Part shown: piece by piece, positions 1 to 12,509 of the stretch
Position numbering within the stretch: position 1 is the stretch's first letter
Layout: each line of letters opens with the position of its first letter
From: Eledone cirrhosa
Taxonomy: Eukaryota
DNA length: 64,000 nucleotides
Direction: 5' to 3'
Assembly: GCA_964016885.1 (NCBI GenBank)
Contig: OZ024743.1
Location: 169,384,001-169,448,000, forward strand
Program-made: the position numbers and the translations under genes
The notes under the pieces: generated by a model
Databases searched by the model: none
What the model was told of the DNA's origin: nothing
The model's input: only the letters and a program-made list of their open reading frames with translations

Positions 1-149
1 CATTAATTTATAGCCATTAAGCTAGAAAACAAAGAATTTTGTGTGGAATTAGGTAAAATGCCGTCATATTAATAGATAAACTTAAGAAAATTAATAAAGA
101 ATGGACAAAACAACGAACAGAAATATATATATAGTATATATGATACATA

Positions 150-875
150 TATAACGGCGGCGAAGATTCGAAACCGAATGTGAGCTTTCCCGCCTCTGGG
201 ACAAGCCGTGGTAACTTGTTTTCGCTCAAGAGACTAACACCTTGGGAGAGGCTAAACACAGGTCAGAGGTGTTTACGCCTGACAGAAAATAGGTCAGATG
301 TTATATCCATCTTTCTGACTTGTTTACGCTTGGCAAACTAATCCCTTGGGGACTAACCAAAGTTCAGAGGATATATCTATCCTTCTAACTTCAACTCTTA
401 TAAATACAGGGGTTGTTTACGCCTCGACAGAAAAGAAGTTATATACAGACAAGACAAGTCGCATTTACAAGCTCTCGTCACGAAAAACCAGTCTGCCACT
501 TATTCTCACCTTCCTGGCTGATCGCTGACTCCTGCAATTCAAATAATTAAATATACTGATACGCACACACGCATTCATAGTGAGTTCAGGCACCATTTCT
601 GTTTACACATATTGTACCTTTCTGATACAGTACAAATTATATTATAATCGTATTCTGTGATACTTGAATTTACGTGGCTCGAAGAGCCACCAAATTATTG
701 TATGAATATTTTGTGTTATTGATTTTATCATTCAATATTCAAATTGAATATTGTTATAATAAAATAAACTTTGTAACAACACAAACCTGGTATTTTTCTT
801 TACATCGAAACCACCATACCAACAGTTACATCCATCCATCCACTTATCGTTACAACCACACATAATATTCCGTTA
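150..875 (-). mobile_element. 3' non-coding region of a Penelope-like family (inverted homologue of 52625-53360)
   Basis: Reverse-complement match to the region downstream of the GIY-YIG ORF at 51150-52020, e.g. ATAACGGCGGCGAAGATTCGAAACCGAAT (151) vs ATTCGGTTTCGAATCTTCGCCGCCGTTAT (53332). Confidence 0.65.
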
Positions 876-880
876 CCCAT

Positions 881-1125
881 ACTAGAAAAAGAGCCCATCG
901 TTGAAGGGCACACCTTTTGCTAGTGTAAATAAAGAGCCCCTCTCTTCTCAGCCTGACCGTCTTTAAATAGCTCAGAACTCTGCTATTTTAGGGGAGAGAA
1001 AGATTTAAACTGTATGTTGACATGCCTCAAGAGCTAAATAACCAATGTATCAAATTTGAACAAAATTGGATAGAAACTGTGTAAAAGTATCGCCTGCATG
1101 CATACAGATAGACATTTTCGTTTGT
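881..1125 (-). mobile_element. Short non-autonomous Helitron-like element
   Basis: On the - strand it starts TATATACAAACGAAAATGTCTATCTG, like the Helitron 5' end at 54677. It ends in a GCCC..GGGC hairpin followed by CTAG (882-885). Confidence 0.55.
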
Positions 1126-1286
1126 ATATATATATATATATATAATTAAAAGTTTAACAAGGTTCAATGAATTCATCAATGAATAAAGTTTCACAATAGA
1201 TTAGAAGCACTCTAGAGTGAGGTTTTCTGGAGTTATTAATATTACTTCAAAATATTAATAAATATAGACATTCATGTGATCAAATA

Positions 1287-1352
1287 TATTTTATTATACA
1301 TATTTCAGAGATACTAAGCTATTTCAACAGTACGTCCTCATCAGATAAACTA
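1287..1352 (-). ncRNA. Minimal type I hammerhead ribozyme
   Basis: UAGUUUAU-CUGAUGA-[stem II]-GAAA-UAUGUA-UA-AUAAAAUA; stem I pairs with one mismatch. Confidence 0.7.
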
Positions 1353-1459
1353 AGCTGATGCCTGACATACCTTGACTATGTTGATGGTTATAATTTAGTC
1401 ATGGCAGTCATGACTAAATTATAACTATCAACATAGTCAAGGTATGTCAAGCATCAACT

Positions 1460-1525
1460 TATTTTATCTGATGAGGACGTACTGTTTAAATAGCTCAGTA
1501 TCTCTGAAATATGTATAACATATAT
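1460..1525 (+). ncRNA. Hammerhead ribozyme, inverted copy (stem I 3' strand damaged)
   Basis: TATTTTAT-CTGATGA-GGACGTACTG..CAGTATCTCT-GAAA-TATGTA-TA. Confidence 0.55.
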
Positions 1526-1563
1526 TTGATCACATGAATGTCTATATTTATTAATATTTGAAG

Positions 1564-1597
<34 letters not shown>

Positions 1598-1720
1598 AAA
1601 GTTATATTTAAATTGTTGTGTTACAACTAGTAAATATTTATAACTGATATAAAAGCACTCGACAAATATTTGGAGTATATTTACAATATTAAATAAATGG
1701 AAACTATATTTATAAAACCA

Positions 1721-1795
1721 TATTTATTTCATTATATATATTTCAGGGATAACATATTAACAATATGCTATGCCTTCCTCAGACAAAATACAATA
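1721..1795 (-). ncRNA. Minimal type I hammerhead ribozyme
   Basis: CUGAGGA; stem II AGG-C-AUAGCAUAUU/AAUAUGUUAU-C-CCU; GAAA-UAUAUA-UA; stem I UAUUGUAUUUUGU/AUGAAAUAAAUA. Confidence 0.85.
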
Positions 1796-3127
1796 TAAAC
1801 AGTTTTATAGATAAATAGATTCGACATACCGTAACAACATCTACTTGGGAAGGTTGATTTGGTTGTGACAAAATTGTACACAGAGAGAAAGAAAGAGAGA
1901 GAGAGAAAGAGAGAAAAAGATAGAAAAAAGGAAAGAAAGACAGAAAACGAAGAAAAAGAAAAAGAAGAAATGCATGGAACAAAATAGAGAGATGGAAAGA
2001 TAGATAAAGAGAAGAAACTTCATGTAAAGAAACAGAGAGAGATATATATATATATAGAGAGAGAGAGGAAATAGAGATAGATACATATATAAAAACTGTT
2101 GAATAACGTATCAATGATACATTTATTTATTTATCTATTTATTTAGCTCTAGTATTAATGTAAGGGAGATATATGGAGGGAAAACCAGCTGTTATATAGG
2201 GAGAGAAAAAATATAGAGAGAGAAAAAAAGAGAGAGAGAAAATTCAAAAACATCCAGACACAGGCGAGGCGTACAAACCTCTGTTTTAATGTAGAGGTAC
2301 TAGTATTTACAAAACCAGCCTCTGCATTGCAAATATCAGTATTCCTGAATGAGATATGTATCCACAATGTGTGAAAATTAATGATCTTATGTTTAGTTTT
2401 TTAAAAAATTCATATGTTTATGTGATAATTACAAACATCTATGTGAATGTACATGATCAATTCTGCAAACCCTAAGTTCACGGAAAGTATTCTCAATGCG
2501 GTATAAAAATTTAAGTATACATATATGTGTATATAGAGTCAAAATTACTATTTCCGTCTCTACTCTACAAGATTATCTATCAAGCAAAGATAGAGCAGAT
2601 TTTCAACATACTAATAAAAATAAAAATATATCGGAAACAAAACTAAACTAAAAATAACAATAATAATAATAAGTAATAATAAAATAGAAAACTAAGAAAT
2701 ATTACGAAAGAATATTACATATTAAAAATATTACATATTAAAAATTTACATATTAAAAATATTAAAAAATAAAAAATTAGGAAATACTACAGTAATAAAA
2801 ATAAAATAAACCACAAAGATCAACCCTTCAAAATTAATTGACAATATATTGCCAAGTTCATTATAAACATCAGAGTCGAAAAACAGATAAAGCCAAAAAA
2901 TTATCTATCAAATCGCAGCCCAATTTGGTCTACATGTGTTCTTATATTTAATATAGAAGTTTATCTAGTGTAACGTTTATTCGAAATATTTGGAGCATCA
3001 ACTTTTAGGATAGCTTAATTTTCCATGAAGAATGTTTAAATAAATAAAATAAAAATAAAAAGAGTAAAAAGAGAATCAAAGATTTATCGGCTAGTTTCCC
3101 ATATAATTATAAATCAAACTAAATATA

Positions 3128-4437
3128 CTACATTTTAAATTTAAATTTATACTTAAACGTTGAGTTTAATCTATGTTTGCAACAACTGAATAAATTTGTC
3201 CGTAGATTAAGGGAATTTTTAGATTTTAGTATAAAGAATATCTCCTCTGCGCAGAGGTCACATGTCTCAGAGGATGAATTAAAAGGAATCCCTCTTGAGA
3301 CTATATTCCAAGCCGTCGAATATCTAACGTTATCTAGCTTAAGTTGCCATAGTACGCCTGATAGTGCCGTTGAAGATTTTTTACTTGGATCTGTGAAAGA
3401 ATTCTTGTGGTTATTATAGCGAAGTTTAAATTCCGTCGATGTGGAACCGACGTAGTTAAAAGAATTAGAGTCAGTATTAACATTACAATTGTATACTATA
3501 TTTTTAACTAAGCAGTTGTTATTTAACGGACATTTAGATCTATCTCTACAGTTACATTTGTTAACTTGTATATTATTTATGCTGTTATCACTAGGTTTTA
3601 AGTTCCTATTATTTATTCTATTGATATTTTGTGCTAAATTTTTGGTGGATGAGTAGGTTAATTTAATTGTATGTCTATTGAAAATTGAGTGATATCTATG
3701 TGTTCTAGGGAAGCGATTATCAAGAGCTTTAAAAAATAGTTTAGCGATGTGGGTTTTAATGTTTAGTGAGAAAGGGGGGGGGGGGCAAACCAAATTATGT
3801 TCCTAGTTCTATTTCTTTTTTGGCCTTTGGAATTATTGTAATGCTTTCTATTATAGTTGTTAAGGATGTTGCCGTAATTAAAAAAGTTGTTACTTTGTTT
3901 AGTTTGTCTATCATTATCTATGTACACAATCTTATCAGCATATCCTGCTCTAGCTAATGCTTCATTGTAGTATTGGGCTTTTTCGTCGAAAATCTTTCTA
4001 TTCGACGAGATCCTAGAGATACGTTTTTGGACAGAGTTTACTATAGTGTTTTTGACAGATCTGGGGTGGTTAGAGTTAAAGTTTACATAGTTTAAGTTTT
4101 CATTCAACTTGGGAAAAGGATAGTGAAGACATGTGTTGAGATTTAATGTTATATCTAGGAAATTGACTATTCTATGGTTGTTTTCAATTTCTATTTTAAG
4201 ATTAAAGTAATTAAAAAATTGTGTAATTTGTTTACATTTTCTATTTAGTTCAGAGTTATTATTATCAATAAGTAAAAGCATGTCGTCTCTATATAAACCT
4301 CCGGTAGTACCGGGTATTTTCCTATGTAGCGAATTGATTAAAAATAAACCCACAAGGTCAGTTACCTGGGCTGAGTCGGATGATCCCATAGTAATGTCAA
4401 AATTGCTATCTCTATCTGCTCTGGTCCATAGTTGGTC
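3128..4437 (-). pseudogene. Penelope-like RT (C-terminal half) and GIY-YIG endonuclease, frameshifted at a G-run near 3775-3785
   Basis: MGSSDSAQVTDLVGL, GLYRDD, VNFLDITLNL, YVNFNSNHP; CNCR..CPL..CL, IVY..YVGST..FKLRYNNH. Confidence 0.9.
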
Positions 4438-4591
4438 CGTTTTCTGTCTTTCTTTCCTTTTTTCTATCTTTTTCTCTCTTTCTCTCTCTCTCTTTCTTTC
4501 TCTCTGTGTACAATTTTGTCACAACCAAATCAATCTTCCCAAGTAGATGTTGTTACGGTATGTCGAATCTATTCATCTATAAAACTGTTTA

Positions 4592-4666
4592 TATTGTATT
4601 TTGTCTGAGGAAGGCATAGCATATTGTTAATATGTTATCCCTGAAATATATATAATGAAATAAATA
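4592..4666 (+). ncRNA. Hammerhead ribozyme in the inverted pseudo-LTR
   Basis: Reverse complement of 1721-1795; CTGAGGA at 4605, GAAA at 4643. Confidence 0.85.
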
Positions 4667-4699
4667 TGGTTTTATAAATATAGTTTCCATTTATTTAAT

Positions 4700-4703
<4 letters not shown>

Positions 4704-4794
<91 letters not shown>
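4704..4794. repeat. (TA)n microsatellite
   Basis: About 90 bp of pure TA. Other TA tracts lie at 1125-1143, 1566-1595 and 62029-62082. Confidence 0.98.
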
Positions 4795-4796
<2 letters not shown>

Positions 4797-5343
4797 TCAC
4801 GTGATGCGCATGAAAGACGACAGCTGTATAAAAAAGAGCAGGGCGATCAAAATAGACGGTAGCCACGGAGTAGGCAGACCCAGAAAAACCTGGGACGACT
4901 TGATAAATTCCGACCTCACACACTTACACCTCTCCAAGACAATGTCACTGGACCGAGATCTTTGGCGCTATACAGTAATACAGAAGACCCGCCTTGCCTA
5001 CGTGCAAAGCGAAACCTACAGTCAGTAGGCACCTCTTACCAAAATACACCCCACCCCTTCGATGTAAAGTTATGTTGGTACCACAACATCCAGTCCTAAA
5101 TAAATGAGGTCGTGTAGGTGTCACGACAAAAAAACACACAGTCCACACTGTAATGTGGCGTGTAGGTAACACGGTAAAAACTTCCCAGTCCACATTGTAA
5201 ACGTGGTTGGTGTTAGGAAGGGCATCCAGCCGTAGAAAACCCGCCAGACAGTCCTATACGAGCAAGACAACCAATCTTGCCTCAAGTGGGAAAATTCCCA
5301 TGCTAGCGTGGAAGATCTACGTTAAAGGATGATGATGATGATG
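4795..5343 (+). mobile_element. RTE-clade LINE 3' fragment
   Basis: GHVMRM..GRPRKTWDD C-terminus, 3' UTR and (GAT)n tail. Confidence 0.85.
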
Positions 5344-6269
5344 TGTGTGTGTGTGTGTGTGTGTGTGTATGAATCTGTGTGTGTATGTATGCATGAATCT
5401 GTGTGTATGTGTACAACAGCTTATTAGATGAAGTGGATGATAATTGTTACAATTATTATAGAGGTTGTCAGGTCCTCAACAAGACTAAAAACTACTCTCT
5501 ATCCTACAGCGTCTCTGTTCTATTGTCATCCATTTTACAACCATTTTACTCTAAAGAAGTTGCCTTACCCTGACATACCTGAAAGAGTCCTCTCTACTTT
5601 ATGTGTCTCCATTTTTTCAAGACAAAATTTCCCAAGAGTGAAGTTTGAAGGGGAGTGGTGGCCAAGAAATGATATGAAGAGAGACTATAAATATGAGTTT
5701 AAATGGAAAAACAGTGATAGAATAACATGGTAGAGGGGAATAGATATAGCTACATGTTGGTTGTAGGTAAGAAGAAGGTTGAACAATAGGGGTTGTGTCA
5801 TGGTAGTAGGGAGATGGTGCAGGATAGCAAGCAAGAAGTAGTGGATGTTGATGCTGAATTATACAACTAATCAAGAGTATCATACATACACTCAAACATA
5901 TTCACTTGCAAACACATTCACATGGTCTCACAGTCACACATTCACATACTGTCTCAGCCTTTTACTGTTCAAGTTTCTATAACAGTGGAGCTTTTGTGTT
6001 TTCATGATGAAGAAATCTGCCAAAATGATAGTGTTTTAGTTGTGTAGAAACAATTAGGCTTGTTTTATAGAACTGTAACTCTTGAAATGCTTGTAGAGAT
6101 AAGGGGGAGTTCTTAAAATAAGAATATAAATTACACCCCCACATGCATAAACACACACACATACACATTTACACACACTCACACCAGCACACTCAATCCC
6201 ACACACATACATACATATTCAAACATGCATAGGGCTAAAAAAAAGCCCTCTGAAATGCAATGAACAAAC

Positions 6270-9200
6270 GATAAAGTAAGTGTGAATTGTTTGTAGTCAC
6301 TTTCTACTCTCACCTTACTGACACCACCTCTGTACATGGCTTGTAGTTTCTTCCTCAGTTTCATCCACGCTCTGGCTTTCTCTCACATTTACTTTGCACA
6401 TCCAACAAAGCATGGTTACTTCATTTCTCTTTAGCCTATGCATGTCTTCTGCAGTCACAGCCCACGTTTCACTACCATGCAGCATCACACTTCATATGCA
6501 GGCATCATACAGTCATCCTTTTGTACTTAGGGAGAAGCCTTTTGTTGTCAACAACGGGAGTAGTTCTCTAAACGTTTTCCCTCCGATCCTTCTTCTAGCT
6601 ATTATGTTCTCAGAACACCTTCCTCTGCTGCTAATTAGGTCACCCACCTAGATAGCAGAAGCCATCGACCACTAATATGGGTTCTTCATGCTTTCACCGC
6701 CTCTACCCAGGATAGTACAGACTATTTGGCTAGCAAAGAGAGAGGTTGGTGGGGGAACGTGAGAAGATAATGAAAGAAAGAAAAGAAGAGGAAGCAAAAG
6801 ATTGAAAAATATTAGTTAATATGGAGGGAAAAAGAAAAAAGAAAATTAATTAATTAAAATTAATTTAATTTATGATTACAATGATAAATTGGTGATATCA
6901 TTACAGTAATGTTGAAGGATTGAGAATGAGGTGTTGGAAAAAAAATGAAATACCAGACACATTGCTTTGCAAAGTTTTTATTGCAGTAGTCATGTGATTG
7001 GAAAAAGGTTTACATCACTGGAGCTCTTCTCGTTGATTACCACTGTGCATCAATATATAAAGTCCTCCCTTCCTGGTAGTCTACCTGATATCCCAGTACA
7101 TCTCTTGTGTATCCATCATTTATATTGTATAAAGTTTATGCCTACTTTTTCTACATATTAAGCAGAAAAACTTCCCTGAAGGAATCAGGGTGTTATGTTC
7201 TTTCCTATTTACTGGCATTTTAGTTTTGGCTAAGTTTGCTCTCAGCCTTTTTGATTCCAAATTCTGTTTCCATAGTCAAAGGTCTTTTATGAATTCAGGT
7301 CATCTGCATAAAGAAGTTCCCATGGATAGCCAGTTTTAAACTCCTCTGTTATGGTTTGGAAAACTATGATGAACTGCCATGATCTAAGAACTAACCCCTG
7401 ATGAACTCCTACCTGTAACTTGAATTCCTCACTAAAGTCACTTTCTACTCTCACTTTACTGACAGCTCCTCTGTACATGGCTTGCAGTGCTCTCACAAGC
7501 CATTCTTCTACACCTAATTTTCTTAAAAACCACCAAATAAAAGATCACAATACTCTGTTAAAGGTCTTTTCTAGATCAAAAGCTAAATATAGTGGCTTAT
7601 TCTTGGCTAGGAACTTCTTTTATAGTTGTCTCACTAAGAAAGTATTTGTAGTACTTTTCCCATGAGTCTCATCTAATTTGATTATAATTCTTTCCATCAC
7701 TTCATGACTTGGTCCATTAGTTTTATTCCTCTGTAGTTGCTCCTTTCTAGAACATCACCTTTACCTTTGTAGCAATTTAAGATTGTACCGCTGCACCAGT
7801 CTTTGAGTGTGACTCAGTCCTGTGTTACCTCACTGGCTATGTGGGTTACTATTTCTATTCCTACTTCTAATGATGTTAGCATCTCAGCAACTATCTCTAA
7901 CAATCCTGCAGCTTTCCCATTCTTCATCTCCTTGATTACATCTTTGACCCTATAACTGTCAATTTCAATAGCTGGTCTCTGTTGCATAAGTTGGAGAGGG
8001 ATCTCTCCTCCTCCCATTCATTCTTTACATTCATCAGCCTCTCATAATAAGATTTCCAGGCTTCTTTTGTTTTTAGCCTCAGTGGTGCTATGAGCACCAG
8101 TGACATTTATAATACACTTTTCTCCAACAACATCCTAACTCACACTGACACTGCCTTGCAATGCGGAACACTTCACAACTCTGATTCTCACATTGCAAGA
8201 CATTGGCAAAAGTGTTTTTACATCCTCTCTCCAAGCTGTGTATATCTTCCATCTAGCTTCTCTCTTAGCTACCTAGTACTGGTCTCTGCTACCCCCATTT
8301 TTCCAATCTTTCCATACCTGTCTCTTTAATGGCTCTATTCACTGTGCTGTTCCACCACCAGGTCCCCCTCTGTATGTCTGTTGCTTTGCTCCAGCCACAA
8401 GTCTTATTAGTGGTTCACCAAAGGTTGTCATGCAAGAATTTCCAACTGACCTCTATATCATATATATTTAACTTGTCTGCTCTCTCATTAATTGCATCCT
8501 GTAGAGTCTTTTGAAAACTATATTTAACAGAAAAGTCCTTTAGCTTCCAAACACTCGGTCTCCATATATTCCTTCATATCTTGTTCTGCCTTGTGCTTAT
8601 TCTGATGTCACTAATAACTAACTTGTGTTGGGCAGCACATTCTTCCCTGAAGAAGGCCTTAGTATTTATCTATCTTGTTGTAAGAAATCGATTTGGCTTG
8701 TATGTTGCCTGATTGATATGAAATCAGGTGGTTGGCTGGTATCCATAAATTTGTGTTGCAAACAGTTCATTCATTTGCATCAGAGAATTCCAGGAGCCTC
8801 ACACCTCATTTCTTGAGCTATGATCATAGCCACCGTGAACTCCACTGAATTCATCCTGGTACTGTCCAACATGTCTGTTGAAGTTGCCAGCCAAGATGAT
8901 GAGGTCAGTAACTAAAGTTGTCTGTAAAGGTTCCTCATAGAACCGGTCCTTTAGTTATTTACTCAGTCATGTCTGTGGTGCATAGTTAGATGTAATTGTC
9001 ACTATTCTATTTCTTACAGCTATTCTTAGCTTGATAATCCTGTCACTCTAACTAGCCCTATCACCTTATCTAACAACTTCTCATCATCATTTCCTATCCA
9101 GAAAAGTTTATATCTATGCTGTTTGCCTGAGAGTAGTTACATTGAAGCACCGCTCCATTTCACCTCCTGTACTCAGCATATATCCACTTCTCTCTTTAAC

Positions 9201-9560
9201 AGCTCCACAATTTCACTTGATTTTCCTTTCAGGGTGCCAACACTGAGAGTGGCAGTCCTGAGATGTGTAACTTGACAGTGATTAGTTCCTTGATTAGCAG
9301 TTCTTTGTACTTGGAAGGGTAAAAGGCTGTGGGTGTACAATTGCTTGATGATGGTTGAGGGGTTCTCACACATGGCTATTTTAGTCAACCCACTACCATG
9401 CACTGCACTAACATAACTAGTGTTAGCCTTGTATACGTAATTACTGTAAATCTTACGTGTTGTGATTTCCATAATTTTAGTAGGGTTTTTCTGGCAGGAT
9501 GCCCTTCCTATCACCAACCACTTTAGAGTATGAACTGGGTGCATTATTCATGTCACCAGC
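6270..9560 (-). mobile_element. Degenerate RTE-clade LINE (APE and RT)
   Basis: TLSVGTLKGKSSEIVELL (APE start), MKNGKAAG, VGVHQG, ELLYADDL; many stops. Confidence 0.85.
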
Positions 9561-9911
9561 ACTAGAGAGGTTGTCTTACTGGACTCAAGACTCCTCTCCA
9601 CCCTATATTAGTTTTATTTGGAGTGCCAACTCTCCTAAAAAATTTGCCTTTATTTTGGATTATGGAGTCCTAGTCTGTCTTGGCCAGTTTTCAATTAGAG
9701 CCACTGTTCTAGACGAGCTGCCATCATTACAACTTCAGGGTCCACGTCTGCCCCGGGAAGTAATTTATAATTGGAATTTCTCCTATCCTAATCTGCTTTC
9801 TCAATGACTTACAAAGCTCAATATCAGCTCCATGTGCTTGTTTAATGGATTGTAACCTCATGTTACTGTTGGTTCATCAGCTTGAGCACTCAATGCATAT
9901 ATATATATATA

Positions 9912-12460
9912 TCATCATCATCACTGTTTTACGTCCATTCTTCCACGCCAGCATGGGTTAGACGGGTTGTCCTGTTGTGAGCAATACCAGGTCAGGTGAC
10001 CACGTCTTACTCATATAGAACTGATTTTGGCTTGATTTCTGCAGTTGGATGCCCTTCCTAACGCCAACCTCATTTACAGTGAGTACTGGGTGCTTTTTAC
10101 CGTGGCACCTACATGACCACTTTACAGTGTGGACTGGGTGCTTTTTTGTTGTGACACCTACATGACCACTTTACAGTGGGAGGGAGTTGGGGACATACTG
10201 TCTATATGCTTCAGCTTCGGCTTGTACCTGTGGGAAGTTGGGTCTTCTGTATTACTGCTTAATGCCAGAGGTCTCGGTCCTGAGTCATCACCTTTCAGAG
10301 GTGCAATTGGGCAAGATCAGCTTTTATCACCAGTCTTTTATCACAGGTCTTCTTGGGTCTCCCCACTCCAAGGCTTCCATTGACTTTAGTGCTCTGCACC
10401 TTTTTATGCAACTGTCATCCTTCATATGCAACACATGTCCATACCAACATAACTCCCTCTCCTGCACACAGCATTTGATTCCTCTTATGCTTAGTCTCTC
10501 TCTCAATTTATTTATGCTTTGCCATTCACGTATTACACATCCATCAGTACATGCAAGTTTCATTTCTTTCCAATCTATGCAAGTCTTCTGCAGACAGCGC
10601 CCAGGTCTCACTACCATGCAACATTGTTATTCATATGAATGCATCATACAGTCTGCCTTTCATTTTGAGGGAAAAGCCTTTTGCAGCTAGCAGTGGTAGT
10701 AGCTCCCTGAACTTCTTCCATCCCGTTCTTACCCTGGTTACTGTACTTTCAGAACACCCACCTCCGCTGCTAATTCGGTCACCTAGGTAGCTGTCTACTG
10801 TTTCTACCAAGCCCTCCTAGAATTTGATAGTGCTTGTTTCCTGTGGTCATTTGCTGCTTACTTTCCCGGTGCAACTGCTACGTGTAAAGCCTACATTCTT
10901 AGTTAAACTTCCTGAAATCCGACTACATCTTTTGTGTACCCATAGTATGCATTTGGGGCAGAGGATGGAATTTCTACCTACACTTTTCCTACATACTGAG
11001 CTAGGCTATTTCCCTGGGGGAATCTGGGATTTATTTTCTCTTCTACTTACGAGGACCTTAGTCTTTGTCAAGTTGACTTTGAGACCCCTTCTTTCTAGGT
11101 TCTGCTTCCATGTTTGGAATATCTTCTCTTGTTCTGCCATAGATTCAGCTATAAGGGTTCGATCATCTGCATACAGAAGTTCTTAAACTCGTCTGCCAAC
11201 CTTAAACTCTTCTATTATAGCCTGTAGGGCAATAATAAACAAGAGAGGGCTAAGGATGGATCCCTATTGGACACCTACCTACATGCTAAATTCTTCACTA
11301 TAGTCATTAATTCTAAACTTGCCAACTGTTACAAGCCACTCATATATTCCTATTTTTCTAAGAGCACACCAGATAATGGAATGGGGGACTCTGTCACAGG
11401 CCTTCTCCAGGTCAACAAAAGCTAAGTAGAGGTTTACTTCTCCTGAAGTTGCCTCACAAGGAAGAGAGCATCCATGGTACTTTTATCTGGCACAAATCGA
11501 AACTGCATTGCATCTAGTTTAACTTAGTTCCTAATCAGCTGTGCGATGGCTCTTTTGGTGACTTTCATGACCTGGTCAACCAGCTTAATACCTTTATAGT
11601 TTTCTCTGTCTAGAGTATCTCCTTTGCCCTTGTAGGAACTGATAATGATTCTGCTACACCAATCATTGGGTATGACACTATTTTGTATTACATGGTTTAC
11701 AATATGGGTGGCCATGGTATGACCCACCATCCCAGATGCTTTCAGTATCTTGGCAGCTATCCCCAAAGGTTTAGCTGTTTTACATTTGTTCATATCTTTG
11801 ATTGCCTTATGTACTATACTACTGCTAACCTGCACAGCCGATCCCCCCATTGGGTCAACTTGGGGCAAACTATCTTCATTTAGTAGTCTTTCATGGTGAG
11901 ACTTCCATGCTACCTTCTTTTCAGCATAAATGAGGATGAGTACTCTGTTACTGTCACAGACACACTTCTCCACAATGACATCACAATTTTCCCCGACACA
12001 TTGCCTCGCCTTTCATCCCCTCACCTTGCAGAACATGCTTAAATATTTCATTTTCTAATTCCCTTCTTGCAAAGTACACTTTTTGCCTAGCTTCTCTCCT
12101 ACTCTCCTGGTAGTGTTCTCTACTTCTCCCATCCTGCCATTACTTCCATGCCTGTATTTTTACCTTAATTGTCCCTCCCACCCTAATGTTCCACCACCAA
12201 GTCACTCCCCTTCTCCCTAGAGATCCGATCCAACCACGGATTTTTTTGTCACATTTAGTAGGTTATTTTTCAGAAATTCTCACTGCTCCACTACATTGTT
12301 TGTCTCTATCTGTTCTTCTTTATTGTCAAAAGCATCAAGCAACATATCTCTAAATTTGTTACTGGATGTGGGGTCCTTCCGCATCTACATTCTTGTCCTT
12401 TGGGTTGTTGTCTGTCATCAAGTTCATCAAGCCCTAACTATTAGGTTATGTTGGGAGTGG
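9912..12460 (-). mobile_element. Degenerate RTE-clade LINE (RT and 3' end)
   Basis: YKGKGD..NYKGIKL, YADD near 11165, WYGHVLHM; (GAT)n tail at 9912 matching the tail at 5297-5343. Confidence 0.85.
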
Positions 12461-12509
12461 CTCCCAGCACTTTATATTCACTTATGCACCCCAATCTGGT
12501 CTGCTGCAC

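Larger units (their letters stand above)
1144..1569 (-). mobile_element. Mini Penelope-like remnant: 3' end plus inverted copy (about 330-bp palindrome)
   Basis: Arms 1239-1403 and 1409-1569 with a GCAGT spacer. Each arm has a hammerhead motif. (TA)n flanks both sides. Confidence 0.75.
1596..4704 (-). mobile_element. 5'-truncated Penelope-like retroelement with inverted pseudo-LTR
   Basis: RT C-terminal half plus GIY-YIG ORF. 4438-4704 is the reverse complement of 1683-1950. (TA)n lies on both flanks. Confidence 0.9.

Noticed and set aside
1321-1345. Shorter hammerhead using the first GAAA
   Set aside because: Stem I does not pair; the downstream GAAA gives the consistent fold.
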